Below are positions 1 to 8,717 of a DNA stretch of 64,000 nt, piece by piece; position 1 is the first letter of the stretch; every line of letters starts with the position of its first letter. Origin of the DNA: Chlamydiales bacterium (GTDB lineage Bacteria; Chlamydiota; Chlamydiia; Chlamydiales; JACKPQ01); the NCBI GenBank assembly GCA_024233455.1, contig JACKPP010000002.1, positions 98,825-162,824 on the forward strand. Reading direction: 5' to 3'. Made by a program: the position numbers and the translations under genes. The notes beneath the pieces were generated by a model. That model was not told where the DNA came from and did not search any database. It saw only the letters and a list, made by a program, of their open reading frames with translations.

Positions 1-577
1 GTAACCCGGTGTCGTAGCGAAGCAGTATGTCAATAGTATAGGGTGAATGCTGCTCGATGGCATATAGAAGTGGATTCATGTATGCCGGTCTTAAATCGCC
101 ATTAGAACGATTGATGTACATTTTTCCTGGATGGATATTGCTTTTACTCCTGCCGTAGACCACATGCATTAGGCAAGTTTCGGCACTACTGCGCTGTTTC
201 TCTGTCATCTGATTGGCTGTTATGGCATCGATGAGTGTGATGATAAGAGAGGGGCTCTTTTTAGATCCCGGCTCATTAACTAATCTTGAAAAATAGGTTG
301 AGCTTATAAAAAAGCTGCCAAATGGTTTTTTCTTCGAAATTCTCTCCCTAAATAAAACAACGCTGCACTTATCGAAATCCTTAGTTTCGATTGTTTTAAA
401 AACATTTATTCGAAGTTCCTCAAGATACGAATCAGCTTGATATTTCCTATAAACATAGGCAGCAGTGCTAGTTCCAACTAAAGCCAAAGCACCTAATGCT
501 ACGCAAGTGATTAAGACTTTATGTCGTTTCGCCAACCCAAATGTTGCGCTTGTAAATCCATGAACTGCAGACACCAT
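1..577 (-). CDS. hypothetical membrane-anchored protein, possibly ankyrin-repeat containing (N-terminus in window, C-terminus runs off the left edge)
   Basis: Not in the ORF track because it is edge-truncated. Reverse-strand translation from ATG at 577-575 gives MVSAVHGFTSATFGLAKRHKVLITCVALGALALVGTSTAAYVYRKYQ... and stays open to position 1. A GGAGGAGA Shine-Dalgarno (complement of 584-591) lies 6 nt upstream. There is one hydrophobic anchor. The distal part, NPLLYAIEQHSPYTIDILLRYDTG, looks like an ANK repeat. Confidence 0.5.
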   Translation of the reverse strand, partial: MVSAVHGFTSATFGLAKRHKVLITCVALGALALVGTSTAAYVYRKYQADSYLEELRINVFKTIETKDFDKCSVVLFRERISKKKPFGSFFISSTYFSRLVNEPGSKKSPSLIITLIDAITANQMTEKQRSSAETCLMHVVYGRSKSNIHPGKMYINRSNGDLRPAYMNPLLYAIEQHSPYTIDILLRYDTGL

Positions 578-715
578 GATAAATCTCCTCCAACTTGCAT
601 AAATTATATTAAAAGTGGAGATTCTTAGCAATATAATATTTTATTAGGGTATGTGGATTTTGATTGTTGCGATTAAAGAAATTTTTTTACGCTAACTGAT
701 GTGATGCTTGGACGA

Positions 716-789
716 TAGCGGTAGTCGGATTCGAACCAACGACCTTCGGATTATGATTCCGCTGCTCTAACCAACTGAGCTATACCGCC
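716..789 (-). tRNA. tRNA-Met (anticodon CAT; elongator Met, or Ile2 if lysidinylated)
   Basis: Reverse complement is GGCGGTATAGCTCAGTTGGTTAGAGCAGCGGAATCATAATCCGAAGGTCGTTGGTTCGAATCCGACTACCGCTA. It folds as a cloverleaf: acceptor GGCGGTA/TACCGCT, D arm GCTC..GAGC, anticodon loop ATCATAA, T arm GTTGG-TTCGAAT-CCGAC. No CCA is encoded. Confidence 0.85.
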
Positions 790-802
790 CCGAAATGAAA
801 AA

Positions 803-875
803 TAGCGGGGGAAGGACTCGAACCTCCGGCCTTCGGGTTATGAGCCCGACGAGCTAACCACTGCTCCACCCCGCG
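803..875 (-). tRNA. initiator tRNA-fMet (anticodon CAT)
   Basis: Reverse complement is CGCGGGGTGGAGCAGTGGTTAGCTCGTCGGGCTCATAACCCGAAGGCCGGAGGTTCGAGTCCTTCCCCCGCTA. It has the bacterial initiator hallmarks: an unpaired 1:72 position (C1 opposite T72) and three consecutive G:C pairs (GGG/CCC) closing the anticodon stem. Confidence 0.85.
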
Positions 876-886
876 ATAAGTTAAGT

Positions 887-2056
887 TCACAGTCTACCAC
901 CCTCTGCATTTATTGGCAAGAGACCTGCCTCTATTAGCTGATGAATAGTTTTTTGGGCCACCCCGCGAAGCATCTGATCCAGCGCCTTAGCGTTTTGGCA
1001 CAGGTTGGCGTGGTAATTAGAATCCTTGAGATGTGCTTCAACTTCGTTGGAAAGCTCCGAGATTTGGAGTTGTCTGCCTGCGTTGGCCTTTGTGACCAGA
1101 TCGACTAGCTCTTGTTGCGCATGCATCTGGGGACCAAATAGAACCGGAACTCCCAGCTGGACAGGCTCTAGTATGTTGTGCCCTCCAATGTTTCCTTTAA
1201 AACTACCACAGCAGATAGCAAGTTTGGATTTGGCATAGCAGTCGGTTAACGCGCCCATTTGGGTGATTGCAGTGGCAGCTCGGGTTTGCACCAGTTTTTT
1301 TACGTATTCAAAACGCTCTGGGTGGCGGGGGACAACGAGTAGCTTAAGTTGGGGATAGCGCAAGGTCAGCGGCTCTAGAACATCTAAAATGAGCGCTTCT
1401 TCGCCGGCATGCGTTGATCCTATGGTGATGACAAAGTCTTCGGGCGTCGGCTTTTTAGCTGGCAGGTCAAATTTGAGGTTACCTGTGACATGGGATGAAA
1501 TGCCAAGTGCAGCAAAACGCGCTTGGTAGGTTGCGTTTTGGACTAGAATGAGACTGACTGGCGCAAATAGTTTTTGGGCAAAGGCCGGAAAACGTTTGTG
1601 CCGGTTGAAAGAGCGCTCAGAAAGGATGCCGCTAATAATTGCAACCGGGCAGTTGGCTTCATGGATAAAGTTCAGCCAGTAGTCAGATTCTGTTAACAAG
1701 AGAAGGATTGGTTTAACTTGGGCAAAAAGTTTGCGCTGCATCCAACGAAAGTCAAAGGGAAGGAAAATATGTTGGGCATCTGGAAAACGTTTTTTAGCTG
1801 TTTGGTGCCCAGTTTCAGTGGTGCTAGAGATGATGAGGTCGTAGTTTTTTAGGTAGGGCAAAAGAGCTGTGGCGGCATTAGTCTCCCCTACCGAGCAAGC
1901 ATGCATCCAAATGAGCGGTTTGTTTGTTGATGTGAGCTTAGGAATTTTAAATCGCTCCAAAAGCCCGCGTTTACCATAGCGTTTTTTTTGGTAGAGAACT
2001 TTTGGCAGATAAACCAGCGCTAGGAGAAAGAGGGCAATTTCGTAAAGCAGTCTCAT
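887..2056 (-). CDS. waaA: 3-deoxy-D-manno-octulosonic acid (Kdo) transferase
   Basis: 389 aa with an N-terminal membrane anchor, MRLLYEIALFLLALVYLPK. It carries the family motif WMHACSVGE near the N-terminus and a GT-B C-terminal half. Its ATG overlaps the leuS stop as ATGA (2053-2056). Confidence 0.88.
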   Translation of the reverse strand: MRLLYEIALFLLALVYLPKVLYQKKRYGKRGLLERFKIPKLTSTNKPLIWMHACSVGETNAATALLPYLKNYDLIISSTTETGHQTAKKRFPDAQHIFLPFDFRWMQRKLFAQVKPILLLLTESDYWLNFIHEANCPVAIISGILSERSFNRHKRFPAFAQKLFAPVSLILVQNATYQARFAALGISSHVTGNLKFDLPAKKPTPEDFVITIGSTHAGEEALILDVLEPLTLRYPQLKLLVVPRHPERFEYVKKLVQTRAATAITQMGALTDCYAKSKLAICCGSFKGNIGGHNILEPVQLGVPVLFGPQMHAQQELVDLVTKANAGRQLQISELSNEVEAHLKDSNYHANLCQNAKALDQMLRGVAQKTIHQLIEAGLLPINAEGGRL

Positions 2057-4611
2057 TTTACAACTAGATTGAGCAGTTTATCCGGTACGTAGATGACTTT
2101 GACAATGGTTCCGTCCAGATAACGCTCAGCTAGAGGTTGTTGTTTGACAAATTCAAGGAGTTGTTCTTGAGTTTGGCCTTTGGGTAGGTCAAATCGACCA
2201 CGCATTTTTCCATTGATCTGCACAATGTAGGTGGCCACATCTTCTATGAGGTACTGAGGGTTAGCCTGAGGAAACGGCTTGCGCGCTAGCAGTTCGGTGT
2301 GGCCAAGGCGCTCCCAGCATTCTTCGGCAAGGTGCGGGGCAAAGGGGTAAAGGCATTGAACGGCCATGCTCAGGGCTACTTTGGAATAGGTATTTAGGCG
2401 AGTCATACCGTTTACAAATTCCATCATCTTGGAGATGGCAGTGTTATAGAGCATGTGTTCGATGTCTTTTTCCACGCCAATGGCGAGTTTGTGAGCTAGT
2501 TTCAGTGCGTCGATATTTTCGAGGTCTGATACTTGCTCGGATGTAACCAGCTCCCAAAATCTATTTAAAAAACGTTGGCAGCCAGAAACAGCCTCGGAGT
2601 CCCACAGTTTTTCTTTGTCGAATGGTCCCATAAACATCTCGTAAAGACGCAAGGTATCGGCGCCTTGTGCCGAGACAATTTCATCAGGCGTGACTCCATT
2701 GAGTTTAGATTTAGACATTTTTTCAACGATAGGCATAACTTGTTTGCCCGATGGAATGTGAAAGCACTCCCCTTCCCTTTTTTCAACCTCATGGGGATCG
2801 GCATAGCCCCCTTCGGGAAATTTGTAGGCAATAGAGGTAACAAGGCCTTGGTTGCGCAGAGCTTTAAAGGGCTCTTTAGTTGAAAGATAGCCCAGATCAT
2901 AGAGCACTTTGTGCCAAAACCTGGCGTAGAGCAAGTGTAAAACGGCGTGTTCGATACCACCTATGTACATATCAACTGGTAGCCAATAGTTCTCAGCTTG
3001 TTTCGACCAAGCCTCTTTGTCGTTTTGGGGATCGCAGTAACGGATGTAGTACCAGCAAGAGCCGGCCCATTGGGGCATGGTGTTGGTTTCGCGCAGAGCT
3101 TTTTTGCCAGTCTTTGGATCGATAATTTCCACCCATTCTGAGACTTTTGCCAGAGGGCTATTGCCATCTTCTGCCGGTTTGTAGTCGGAAAGCTCTGGAG
3201 GTGTAAGCGGCAGCTCATCGAGCTCTAAGGCACGTTTGGTTCCATCTTCGAAATGGAGAATAGGAATTGGCTCTCCCCAATAACGCTGACGTGAAAAGAT
3301 CCAGTCGCGCAATTTGTAGCTGGTGGTACGCTTCCCGCATTTGTTAGTTTCCAACCAATCAGCGATTTTTTCTTTAGCTTCAAAAACAGCAAGCCCATCG
3401 AACGGGCCGCTATTGATCAGTAGACCCTGACCTGCAACGCACCTTTTGCCCGCAAGCACCTCTAATCGCACATCTTCAAAGGTCAGGTCAGCTGGCATAT
3501 CTTCAGGGGGCTCTTGTAAATCGTAAACGGGTTTAACGGTCAGCTGGTACTTGCGCGCGAACTCAAAATCCCGATCATCGTGGGCCGGCACTCCCATCAC
3601 GGCACCTGTCCCGTATCCCATAAGCACGTAGTCGGCCACCCAGATGGGGATTAAATCGCCTGTAGCTGGATGTTGGGCGTACGCGCCGGTAAAGACGCCT
3701 GATTTGTCTTTATTGAGGTCAGTGCGCTCTAAATCGCTTTTTGCAGCTGTCTGTTTTTTGTAGGCCTCAACTTGGGGTTTTTGTTCACTCGTAGTAATGG
3801 TAGCAAGAAGTGGATGCTCAGGTGATAGAACTAAAAATGACACGCCAAAAAAGGTATCCTGCCGTGTCGTGTAAACATCTATGGGCTGATTTGTGGCATT
3901 TTCCAAGAATGTGATTTGAGCGCCTTGGCTTTTGCCGATCCAGGCGCGTTGGATGCGCTTTAGGTGTTCTGGCCAGTCTAGATCATCCAAATCGGCAAGC
4001 AGCTGTTCAGCGTATTCTGTGATTTTAAGAATCCATTGGCGCAGCGGGCGGCGCTCTACCGGGTGACCTCCTTCAATGGACTGACCATTTTCGACTTCTT
4101 CATTGGCCAGTACACAGCGCATAGCTGGGCAGTAGTTAACCAAGATTTCAGCTTCATAGGCTAGGCCCCTTTCAAAGAGCTTGGTAAAGATCCATTGCGT
4201 CCATTTGTAGTATTCGGGCGAGCTGGTGGTGACCTCACGGTCCCAATCGTAGGAAAAACCAAGAGATTTAAGCTGCCGTCTATAGGTGTTGATATTCTCA
4301 ACGGTGGTTTGAGCTGGATGTGTACCCGTGCGCATAGCATACTGCTCAGCTGGCAAGCCAAAGCTATCCCAGCCCATTGGGTGTAGAACATTAAAGCCTT
4401 TTTGCCATTTGTATCTAGCAATGATATCTGCTGCGGTATAGCCGGTAACGTGGCCAACATGGAGGCCGGCACCTGAAGGATAGGGCAGCATGCTTAAGAT
4501 ATAGTATTTAGGGAGCTTGGGATCGAGCTTAGCATTGTATACTTTCTGGTCTTCCCAGAATTTTTGCCATTTAGCGTCAATCGCTTTGTGGTTGTATTTT
4601 GGTTGAGTCAT
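2053..4611 (-). CDS. leuS: leucine--tRNA ligase
   Basis: Class-I synthetase signatures are present: PYPSGAGLHVGHV (HIGH) and KMSKSK (KMSKS). Length and overall pattern are those of bacterial LeuS. The start was trimmed to ATG 4611 (MTQPKYNHKAIDAKWQKFWE), which matches LeuS N-termini; the track's 4677 start adds 22 unlikely residues. Confidence 0.95.
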   Translation of the reverse strand: MTQPKYNHKAIDAKWQKFWEDQKVYNAKLDPKLPKYYILSMLPYPSGAGLHVGHVTGYTAADIIARYKWQKGFNVLHPMGWDSFGLPAEQYAMRTGTHPAQTTVENINTYRRQLKSLGFSYDWDREVTTSSPEYYKWTQWIFTKLFERGLAYEAEILVNYCPAMRCVLANEEVENGQSIEGGHPVERRPLRQWILKITEYAEQLLADLDDLDWPEHLKRIQRAWIGKSQGAQITFLENATNQPIDVYTTRQDTFFGVSFLVLSPEHPLLATITTSEQKPQVEAYKKQTAAKSDLERTDLNKDKSGVFTGAYAQHPATGDLIPIWVADYVLMGYGTGAVMGVPAHDDRDFEFARKYQLTVKPVYDLQEPPEDMPADLTFEDVRLEVLAGKRCVAGQGLLINSGPFDGLAVFEAKEKIADWLETNKCGKRTTSYKLRDWIFSRQRYWGEPIPILHFEDGTKRALELDELPLTPPELSDYKPAEDGNSPLAKVSEWVEIIDPKTGKKALRETNTMPQWAGSCWYYIRYCDPQNDKEAWSKQAENYWLPVDMYIGGIEHAVLHLLYARFWHKVLYDLGYLSTKEPFKALRNQGLVTSIAYKFPEGGYADPHEVEKREGECFHIPSGKQVMPIVEKMSKSKLNGVTPDEIVSAQGADTLRLYEMFMGPFDKEKLWDSEAVSGCQRFLNRFWELVTSEQVSDLENIDALKLAHKLAIGVEKDIEHMLYNTAISKMMEFVNGMTRLNTYSKVALSMAVQCLYPFAPHLAEECWERLGHTELLARKPFPQANPQYLIEDVATYIVQINGKMRGRFDLPKGQTQEQLLEFVKQQPLAERYLDGTIVKVIYVPDKLLNLVVK

Positions 4612-4707
4612 CCCTGCAGGATAGCATCTAAAACAAATTTTGGGCCATCGTAAAATATTTTTTATTTGTAGTTGCATCTATTGTACGAAGTGTTTAGACT
4701 GGAAGTT

Positions 4708-6138
4708 ATGAGCGATACCATGTTTACAAAAAACAAAGTTGATCTTGCTGACTACGACTACGGCGAAGACATTACAAGACGCCTGGTTCTATCAGACCTT
4801 GATCAGCTAGAATACGAAGTTTTAGAAGAAATCCTCTTTAGCCCGATCAAGTTTCCAGTTGAGCGCCTGCTTAAGAATTTGGATTTAAACCAGGCTGAGA
4901 TCGATCCGATCTTAACGAAGCTTGGCCAATCGAATCTCCTTACGATTGAAGAAGGTGAAATCACGGTCAATAAAGAGATGCGCAAGACCTACGAGGCCGA
5001 TTTACATAAATTTGAAGAGATACCAGGAATAGAATCGTTGCGATCCATGCTCAAGCGTGTCCCAATCCACGTCTTGCCCAATTGGTATGCCATCCCCCGT
5101 TGCGCAGACAATATCTTTGATTCGATAGTAGATAAGTTTTTGAGCACTCCTCAAAAATTTCAACGCTATATGCTCGAGCTCAATTTTAGCGATCCAAATA
5201 TTTCTTATATCATTCAAGATGTGATGCGTTCCCCCGATTACAAGCTTCCTTCCAAAAACATCATCGATAAATACGATCTGGGCAAGGAGCAATTTGAAGA
5301 AATTATGCTCTACCTAGAGTACAATTTTGTGTGTTGCCTTGCTTATGAGCGCCAAGGTGACACCTGGCATGAAGTTGTTACCTTCTTCAAGGAGTGGCGC
5401 GATTATTTGCTCTTTATTAAAAAGGGCGTGCCCAGATCCATTCGAGACCTAAGTAAAATTAGATTCACTCGCCCTTCTGACTTTGCTTTTGTGGAAGATA
5501 TGGGGACGCTGCTGAATTTAGCTTCAAAAGAGAATATGGAAGTCAATCCTGGCTTTGACTACTATTTTGAAGACGCAATTTTGGACAAAATTGCCAAACG
5601 ATGCGGTGGCTTTAACCTAGCCTCTCCTGAAGACAAAAAAAGGTTTAAAAATTACGTGCATAAAGTCGTAGACAAGCTTGTGACTTTGGATCTGGCTAAA
5701 ATTGAAGATGGAAAATTAACTCCTTTAGAAGATGGATACGAGTGGCAAGGCATGTCTCATGACAAACGAGCCCTCGAACTACACCGCCATCCCCTCAACC
5801 GACTCTCATGCGATGGAATTGCAGAAGAGTTGAGAAACGAAAAAAATATACGTGCTGCTGAAAGGTGCATTACCTCAGTTGTTGACGCTGGATGGGTGTT
5901 TCTAGATGAATTTTTGCAAGGGATGATTATTCCCCTAACTGATGAAGCCCAAATTTCACTGGAGCAAAGAGGGCGTCATTGGAAATACACTCTGCCAACC
6001 TATTCGGAAGATGAATACGCATTTGTAAGCGCTGTCATCATGGAATGGCTTTTTGAAACTGCTATTGTTGCCACAGGAAAAATCGATGGCCGTCCATGCT
6101 TTTGTGTGACACCCTTTGGCCAAACCTTCTATGACTAA
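4708..6138 (+). CDS. conserved hypothetical protein (476 aa, soluble, helical/winged-helix-like modules)
   Basis: A long ORF with normal coding appearance, divergent from leuS. The track start at 4672 is TTG; the first ATG is 4708 (MSDTMFTKNK), and 4720 is an alternative. I recognise no catalytic motif. The 3' end overlaps the smpB ATG by 8 nt (ATGACTAA). Confidence 0.6.
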   Translation: MSDTMFTKNKVDLADYDYGEDITRRLVLSDLDQLEYEVLEEILFSPIKFPVERLLKNLDLNQAEIDPILTKLGQSNLLTIEEGEITVNKEMRKTYEADLHKFEEIPGIESLRSMLKRVPIHVLPNWYAIPRCADNIFDSIVDKFLSTPQKFQRYMLELNFSDPNISYIIQDVMRSPDYKLPSKNIIDKYDLGKEQFEEIMLYLEYNFVCCLAYERQGDTWHEVVTFFKEWRDYLLFIKKGVPRSIRDLSKIRFTRPSDFAFVEDMGTLLNLASKENMEVNPGFDYYFEDAILDKIAKRCGGFNLASPEDKKRFKNYVHKVVDKLVTLDLAKIEDGKLTPLEDGYEWQGMSHDKRALELHRHPLNRLSCDGIAEELRNEKNIRAAERCITSVVDAGWVFLDEFLQGMIIPLTDEAQISLEQRGRHWKYTLPTYSEDEYAFVSAVIMEWLFETAIVATGKIDGRPCFCVTPFGQTFYD

Positions 6139-6574
6139 CCTTTGTGAAAATCGCAAAGCGCGGTTTGACTACGAAATAATCGAAACATTCGAAGCTGGCA
6201 TCTCCCTCCTTGGAACTGAAATTAAGTCGCTTCGTGCTAATGGCGGTAGTATTGCTGAGAGCTATATTTCTATCGTCAGAGGTGAGGCTTACTTAAAAAA
6301 CGCAACGATCGCTCCTTATGCATTTGGTGGTGTGGCTTTTAACCACGAGGAAAAAAGAGAGCGCAAATTGTTATTGCACAAACGAGAAATAGGAACTCTC
6401 CACAAGGCTATCCAGGAAAAAGGCTTAACGGTGATTCCCCTTTCTATCTATCTCAAAAAAGGGCGAGCCAAACTCAAAATCGCCATTGGCAGAGGTAAAA
6501 AAGCCCATGATAAGCGCTCTTCCATCAAAAAACGGGAACACGAGCGCGAAATTTCCAGAGCTATGAAAAGTTAA
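6131..6574 (+). CDS. smpB: SsrA-binding protein (trans-translation)
   Basis: NRKARFDYEIIETFEAGISLLGTEIKSLR plus the basic C-terminal tail GRGKKAHDKRSSIKKRE are typical of SmpB. The track start at 6116 is TTG; the ATG at 6131 is preferred. Confidence 0.9.
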   Translation: MTNLCENRKARFDYEIIETFEAGISLLGTEIKSLRANGGSIAESYISIVRGEAYLKNATIAPYAFGGVAFNHEEKRERKLLLHKREIGTLHKAIQEKGLTVIPLSIYLKKGRAKLKIAIGRGKKAHDKRSSIKKREHEREISRAMKS

Positions 6575-7212
6575 GAAGCGTTGGTTTTGAGCTCAATTGT
6601 TTGATCGGAGTGCTGATTTTTTAAGGTGATCGTAAAATTTCTTCGGAAATCGTGTTTGTCGACAAAAATAATACAATTCATAAACGAATGAGGCTCAATA
6701 ACCATGACGTGCCCACCCTTTAATTCATACCCCTTGTCAATCTTAGGGTTAGCGCTCATGGTTTCAGGGATCCGCATCAGCGGGATTTTAATTTTACTTC
6801 CAGGTACAGGTAGAGCGTCAGGAATAGCTACTGAAAGGGTTGAGCCTACTCCGAAAATAGGATAGGTCAATACTTCTCTAATCAATGATAATCCCAACGC
6901 CGATGTTTGCATTTCATAGTCTACTTTTTGCTGTGAAGCAAGAGGCAAATTCACGCTTGCTGGCTCGAAGATGTAGGCGTTAGTAGTATTATTTTCTATG
7001 TGAATTTGTACCGGCTGTATACCAGCTTTGATCAGGTTTTTTCCCAAATAGGATTTAGAATCTAAAGCTGAAAATGCCTTAGTGGTGATTGCCAAGCGGT
7101 TATTTTCAGCTGAAGTATTAAGCCCGCAAAGAATGGGAGTTTTGTGACTTGTACATGCAGTGATTACCACTGCAAAAGCCGATGCTACGATTACAATCAC
7201 TAGGTTTTTCAA
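6571..7212 (-). CDS. hypothetical lipoprotein
   Basis: Signal peptide with lipobox: MKNLVIVIVASAFAVVITAC. The start is TTG, preceded by GGAGG with a 6-nt spacer on the reverse strand. I recognise no family. Confidence 0.6.
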   Translation of the reverse strand: MKNLVIVIVASAFAVVITACTSHKTPILCGLNTSAENNRLAITTKAFSALDSKSYLGKNLIKAGIQPVQIHIENNTTNAYIFEPASVNLPLASQQKVDYEMQTSALGLSLIREVLTYPIFGVGSTLSVAIPDALPVPGSKIKIPLMRIPETMSANPKIDKGYELKGGHVMVIEPHSFMNCIIFVDKHDFRRNFTITLKNQHSDQTIELKTNAS

Positions 7213-7278
7213 AAGCCACCTCCAAACTAAGCCATTTCTACAGGATTTGATTTATTTCGGCAACAACCACTGCACATA

Positions 7279-7587
7279 TCATGATTGTTTCATTTGGCTA
7301 ATATCGGAGAGGACCTGATTGCTGTGGTCTTTAGTTGGATCTTGGATATAGGTATTTAAATCTTTGGCCAGTTTATCCTTATAGCTTTTAAGTTGCTCAT
7401 TTGCCAGAGCGCTTGCTGACTTACCCATCGCATCAAGTGATTCGTTCATTGCTTTTTTATACATGTCTTTTTGCGCTTGGAAAGTCGATTTTTCATAATT
7501 TTTGAAGCTCTCCTCGAAAATATTGACTCCTTGCTGAAATTCCTGGTGATAAGAAGGGGGCTCATGAGAGATGGGGTTTGTATCCAT
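7279..7587 (-). CDS. small hypothetical helical protein (102 aa)
   Basis: ATG-initiated ORF with K/E/Q-rich, predicted helical sequence and no signal peptide. The function is unknown, so whether it is coding at all is only moderately supported. Confidence 0.45.
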   Translation of the reverse strand: MDTNPISHEPPSYHQEFQQGVNIFEESFKNYEKSTFQAQKDMYKKAMNESLDAMGKSASALANEQLKSYKDKLAKDLNTYIQDPTKDHSNQVLSDISQMKQS

Positions 7588-7646
7588 ATATATTGTCCTA
7601 AAATTGTGGTTTACCTTACTATTCGTCTATAACTGCGTGGGGGTTT

Positions 7647-8663
7647 ATGTTGCAAAAATTTTTTGTTGGAATAGTTACTCTTGGAACTGCTCTCTTTGCT
7701 CAGGAGCCTCCGGCTACTAGAATGCAAATTGAACAAGAATTGCAACAGGCTCAAAGAGATTTCCAAACCGCACAACAGATGTTTATCCCCTACTACACAG
7801 GTCCTCTTATCACTGGATCTGCTGAAAACGTGCCCAAAGGAAAAATCAATATTCAGCCCTACCTTTACGGAACGATTAACTACGCCGAATTTAACAACAG
7901 TCGCCACTCCAAGGGAATGTCCAATATCTACGTTTTTAATCCCGTTTTTGTATTTCAAACCGGTATCACCGAATGGCTCGATTTTACCATTATTCCAGAA
8001 GCGATCTGCAGCTGGCGTAAAGGTCAATCATCTCAGCTTTTTGGAGATTTGCCCATTCAATTTGGGATTCAACTTCGGAATATGAGTGAAAATGCACCGG
8101 CTATCCGCTTTCTCGTGGGCGAGAATTTCCCATCTGGCAAGTACAATAAACTCACGCCAGCAAGGGCCGATATTTTAACTTCAGGAGCTGGCGTTTACGC
8201 CACAACGCTTGGCCTTAACCTCAGTCAGCTTTTCTGGTGGCAGGCGCTTCACCCAATCCGTTTGCGCCTGGCAACTCTTTACACAATTCCCAATCATAAT
8301 GCCTATGTTCAGGGGGTGAACGCTTACGGTGGGGGCCAAGGAACTAGTGGCCAGGTAGATGTAGGTCAGAGTTTTGATGCTGACTTTGGTTTTGAGATGA
8401 GCCTTACTGAGAAGTGGGTTTTTGCCGCCGATTTGGCCTACAGCTTTCAAGCCAAAAGTAAATTTTCTGGAAAACCTGGTACGGTAAATGGTTTGCCTGC
8501 CCCAAACGGCGCGCCTTCATCTGATAACCTATCTATCGCTCCAGCAATCGAGTACAATCCCAACGATACCGGTGGATTTATCGGCGGCATTTGGCTTCCT
8601 ATCACCGGCCGTAACAGCACCAACTTTATCTCGCTTGTGCTCTCTTACACCCAGCTCTTTTGA
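7647..8663 (+). CDS. porin-like outer-membrane beta-barrel protein (family member 1 of 3 in window)
   Basis: It has a signal peptide (MLQKFFVGIVTLGTALFAQE), alternating beta-strand pattern and a C-terminal aromatic residue (..SYTQLF). It shares blocks with 18085-19017 and 19030-19968: PKGKINIQPYLY, FPSGKYNKLTP, SGAGVYATTLGLN, LSIAPAIEYN..GGIWLPITGRNS. Confidence 0.7.
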   Translation: MLQKFFVGIVTLGTALFAQEPPATRMQIEQELQQAQRDFQTAQQMFIPYYTGPLITGSAENVPKGKINIQPYLYGTINYAEFNNSRHSKGMSNIYVFNPVFVFQTGITEWLDFTIIPEAICSWRKGQSSQLFGDLPIQFGIQLRNMSENAPAIRFLVGENFPSGKYNKLTPARADILTSGAGVYATTLGLNLSQLFWWQALHPIRLRLATLYTIPNHNAYVQGVNAYGGGQGTSGQVDVGQSFDADFGFEMSLTEKWVFAADLAYSFQAKSKFSGKPGTVNGLPAPNGAPSSDNLSIAPAIEYNPNDTGGFIGGIWLPITGRNSTNFISLVLSYTQLF

Positions 8664-8692
8664 ATTGACACGAGAAAATCCACGCGGTATTG
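8664..8692 (+). promoter_or_regulatory. candidate sigma70-type promoter of dnaN
   Basis: TTGACA (8664-8669), a 17-nt spacer, then TATTGT (8687-8692). An AAGGAG Shine-Dalgarno (8702-8707) and the dnaN ATG at 8718 follow. Confidence 0.5.
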
Positions 8693-8717
8693 TAGAGTAA
8701 AAAAGGAGTCGTTTGTC

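Noticed and set aside
582-623. Possible anti-Shine-Dalgarno hairpin upstream of the first (minus-strand) gene: AATCTCC (582-588) pairs with GGAGATT (617-623) and would occlude the GGAGGAGA SD.
   Set aside because: The stem is only 7 bp with a 28-nt AT-rich loop, so it is thermodynamically marginal. It could easily be chance in AT-rich DNA.
4612-4677. N-terminal extensions proposed by the ORF track (for example leuS to 4677, pgi to 12768, NSS to 27658, PEBP to 62410, PagL-like to 21575), and TTG/GTG starts shown as M (4672, 6116, 9805, 21676, 32978, 34022, 37897, 43580, 50020, 52619, 56388, 62688).
   Set aside because: Family N-termini, SD positions and neighbour spacing favour the internal ATGs listed in the features. 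The extensions add non-conserved residues and create large overlaps.
8664-8717. Replication origin or DnaA-box cluster upstream of dnaN (AAATCCACG at 8674-8682 resembles TTATCCACA).
   Set aside because: There is only one partial box (6/9), no cluster, no AT-rich unwinding element, and dnaA is not adjacent. The spacer is only 54 bp and is explained by a promoter.
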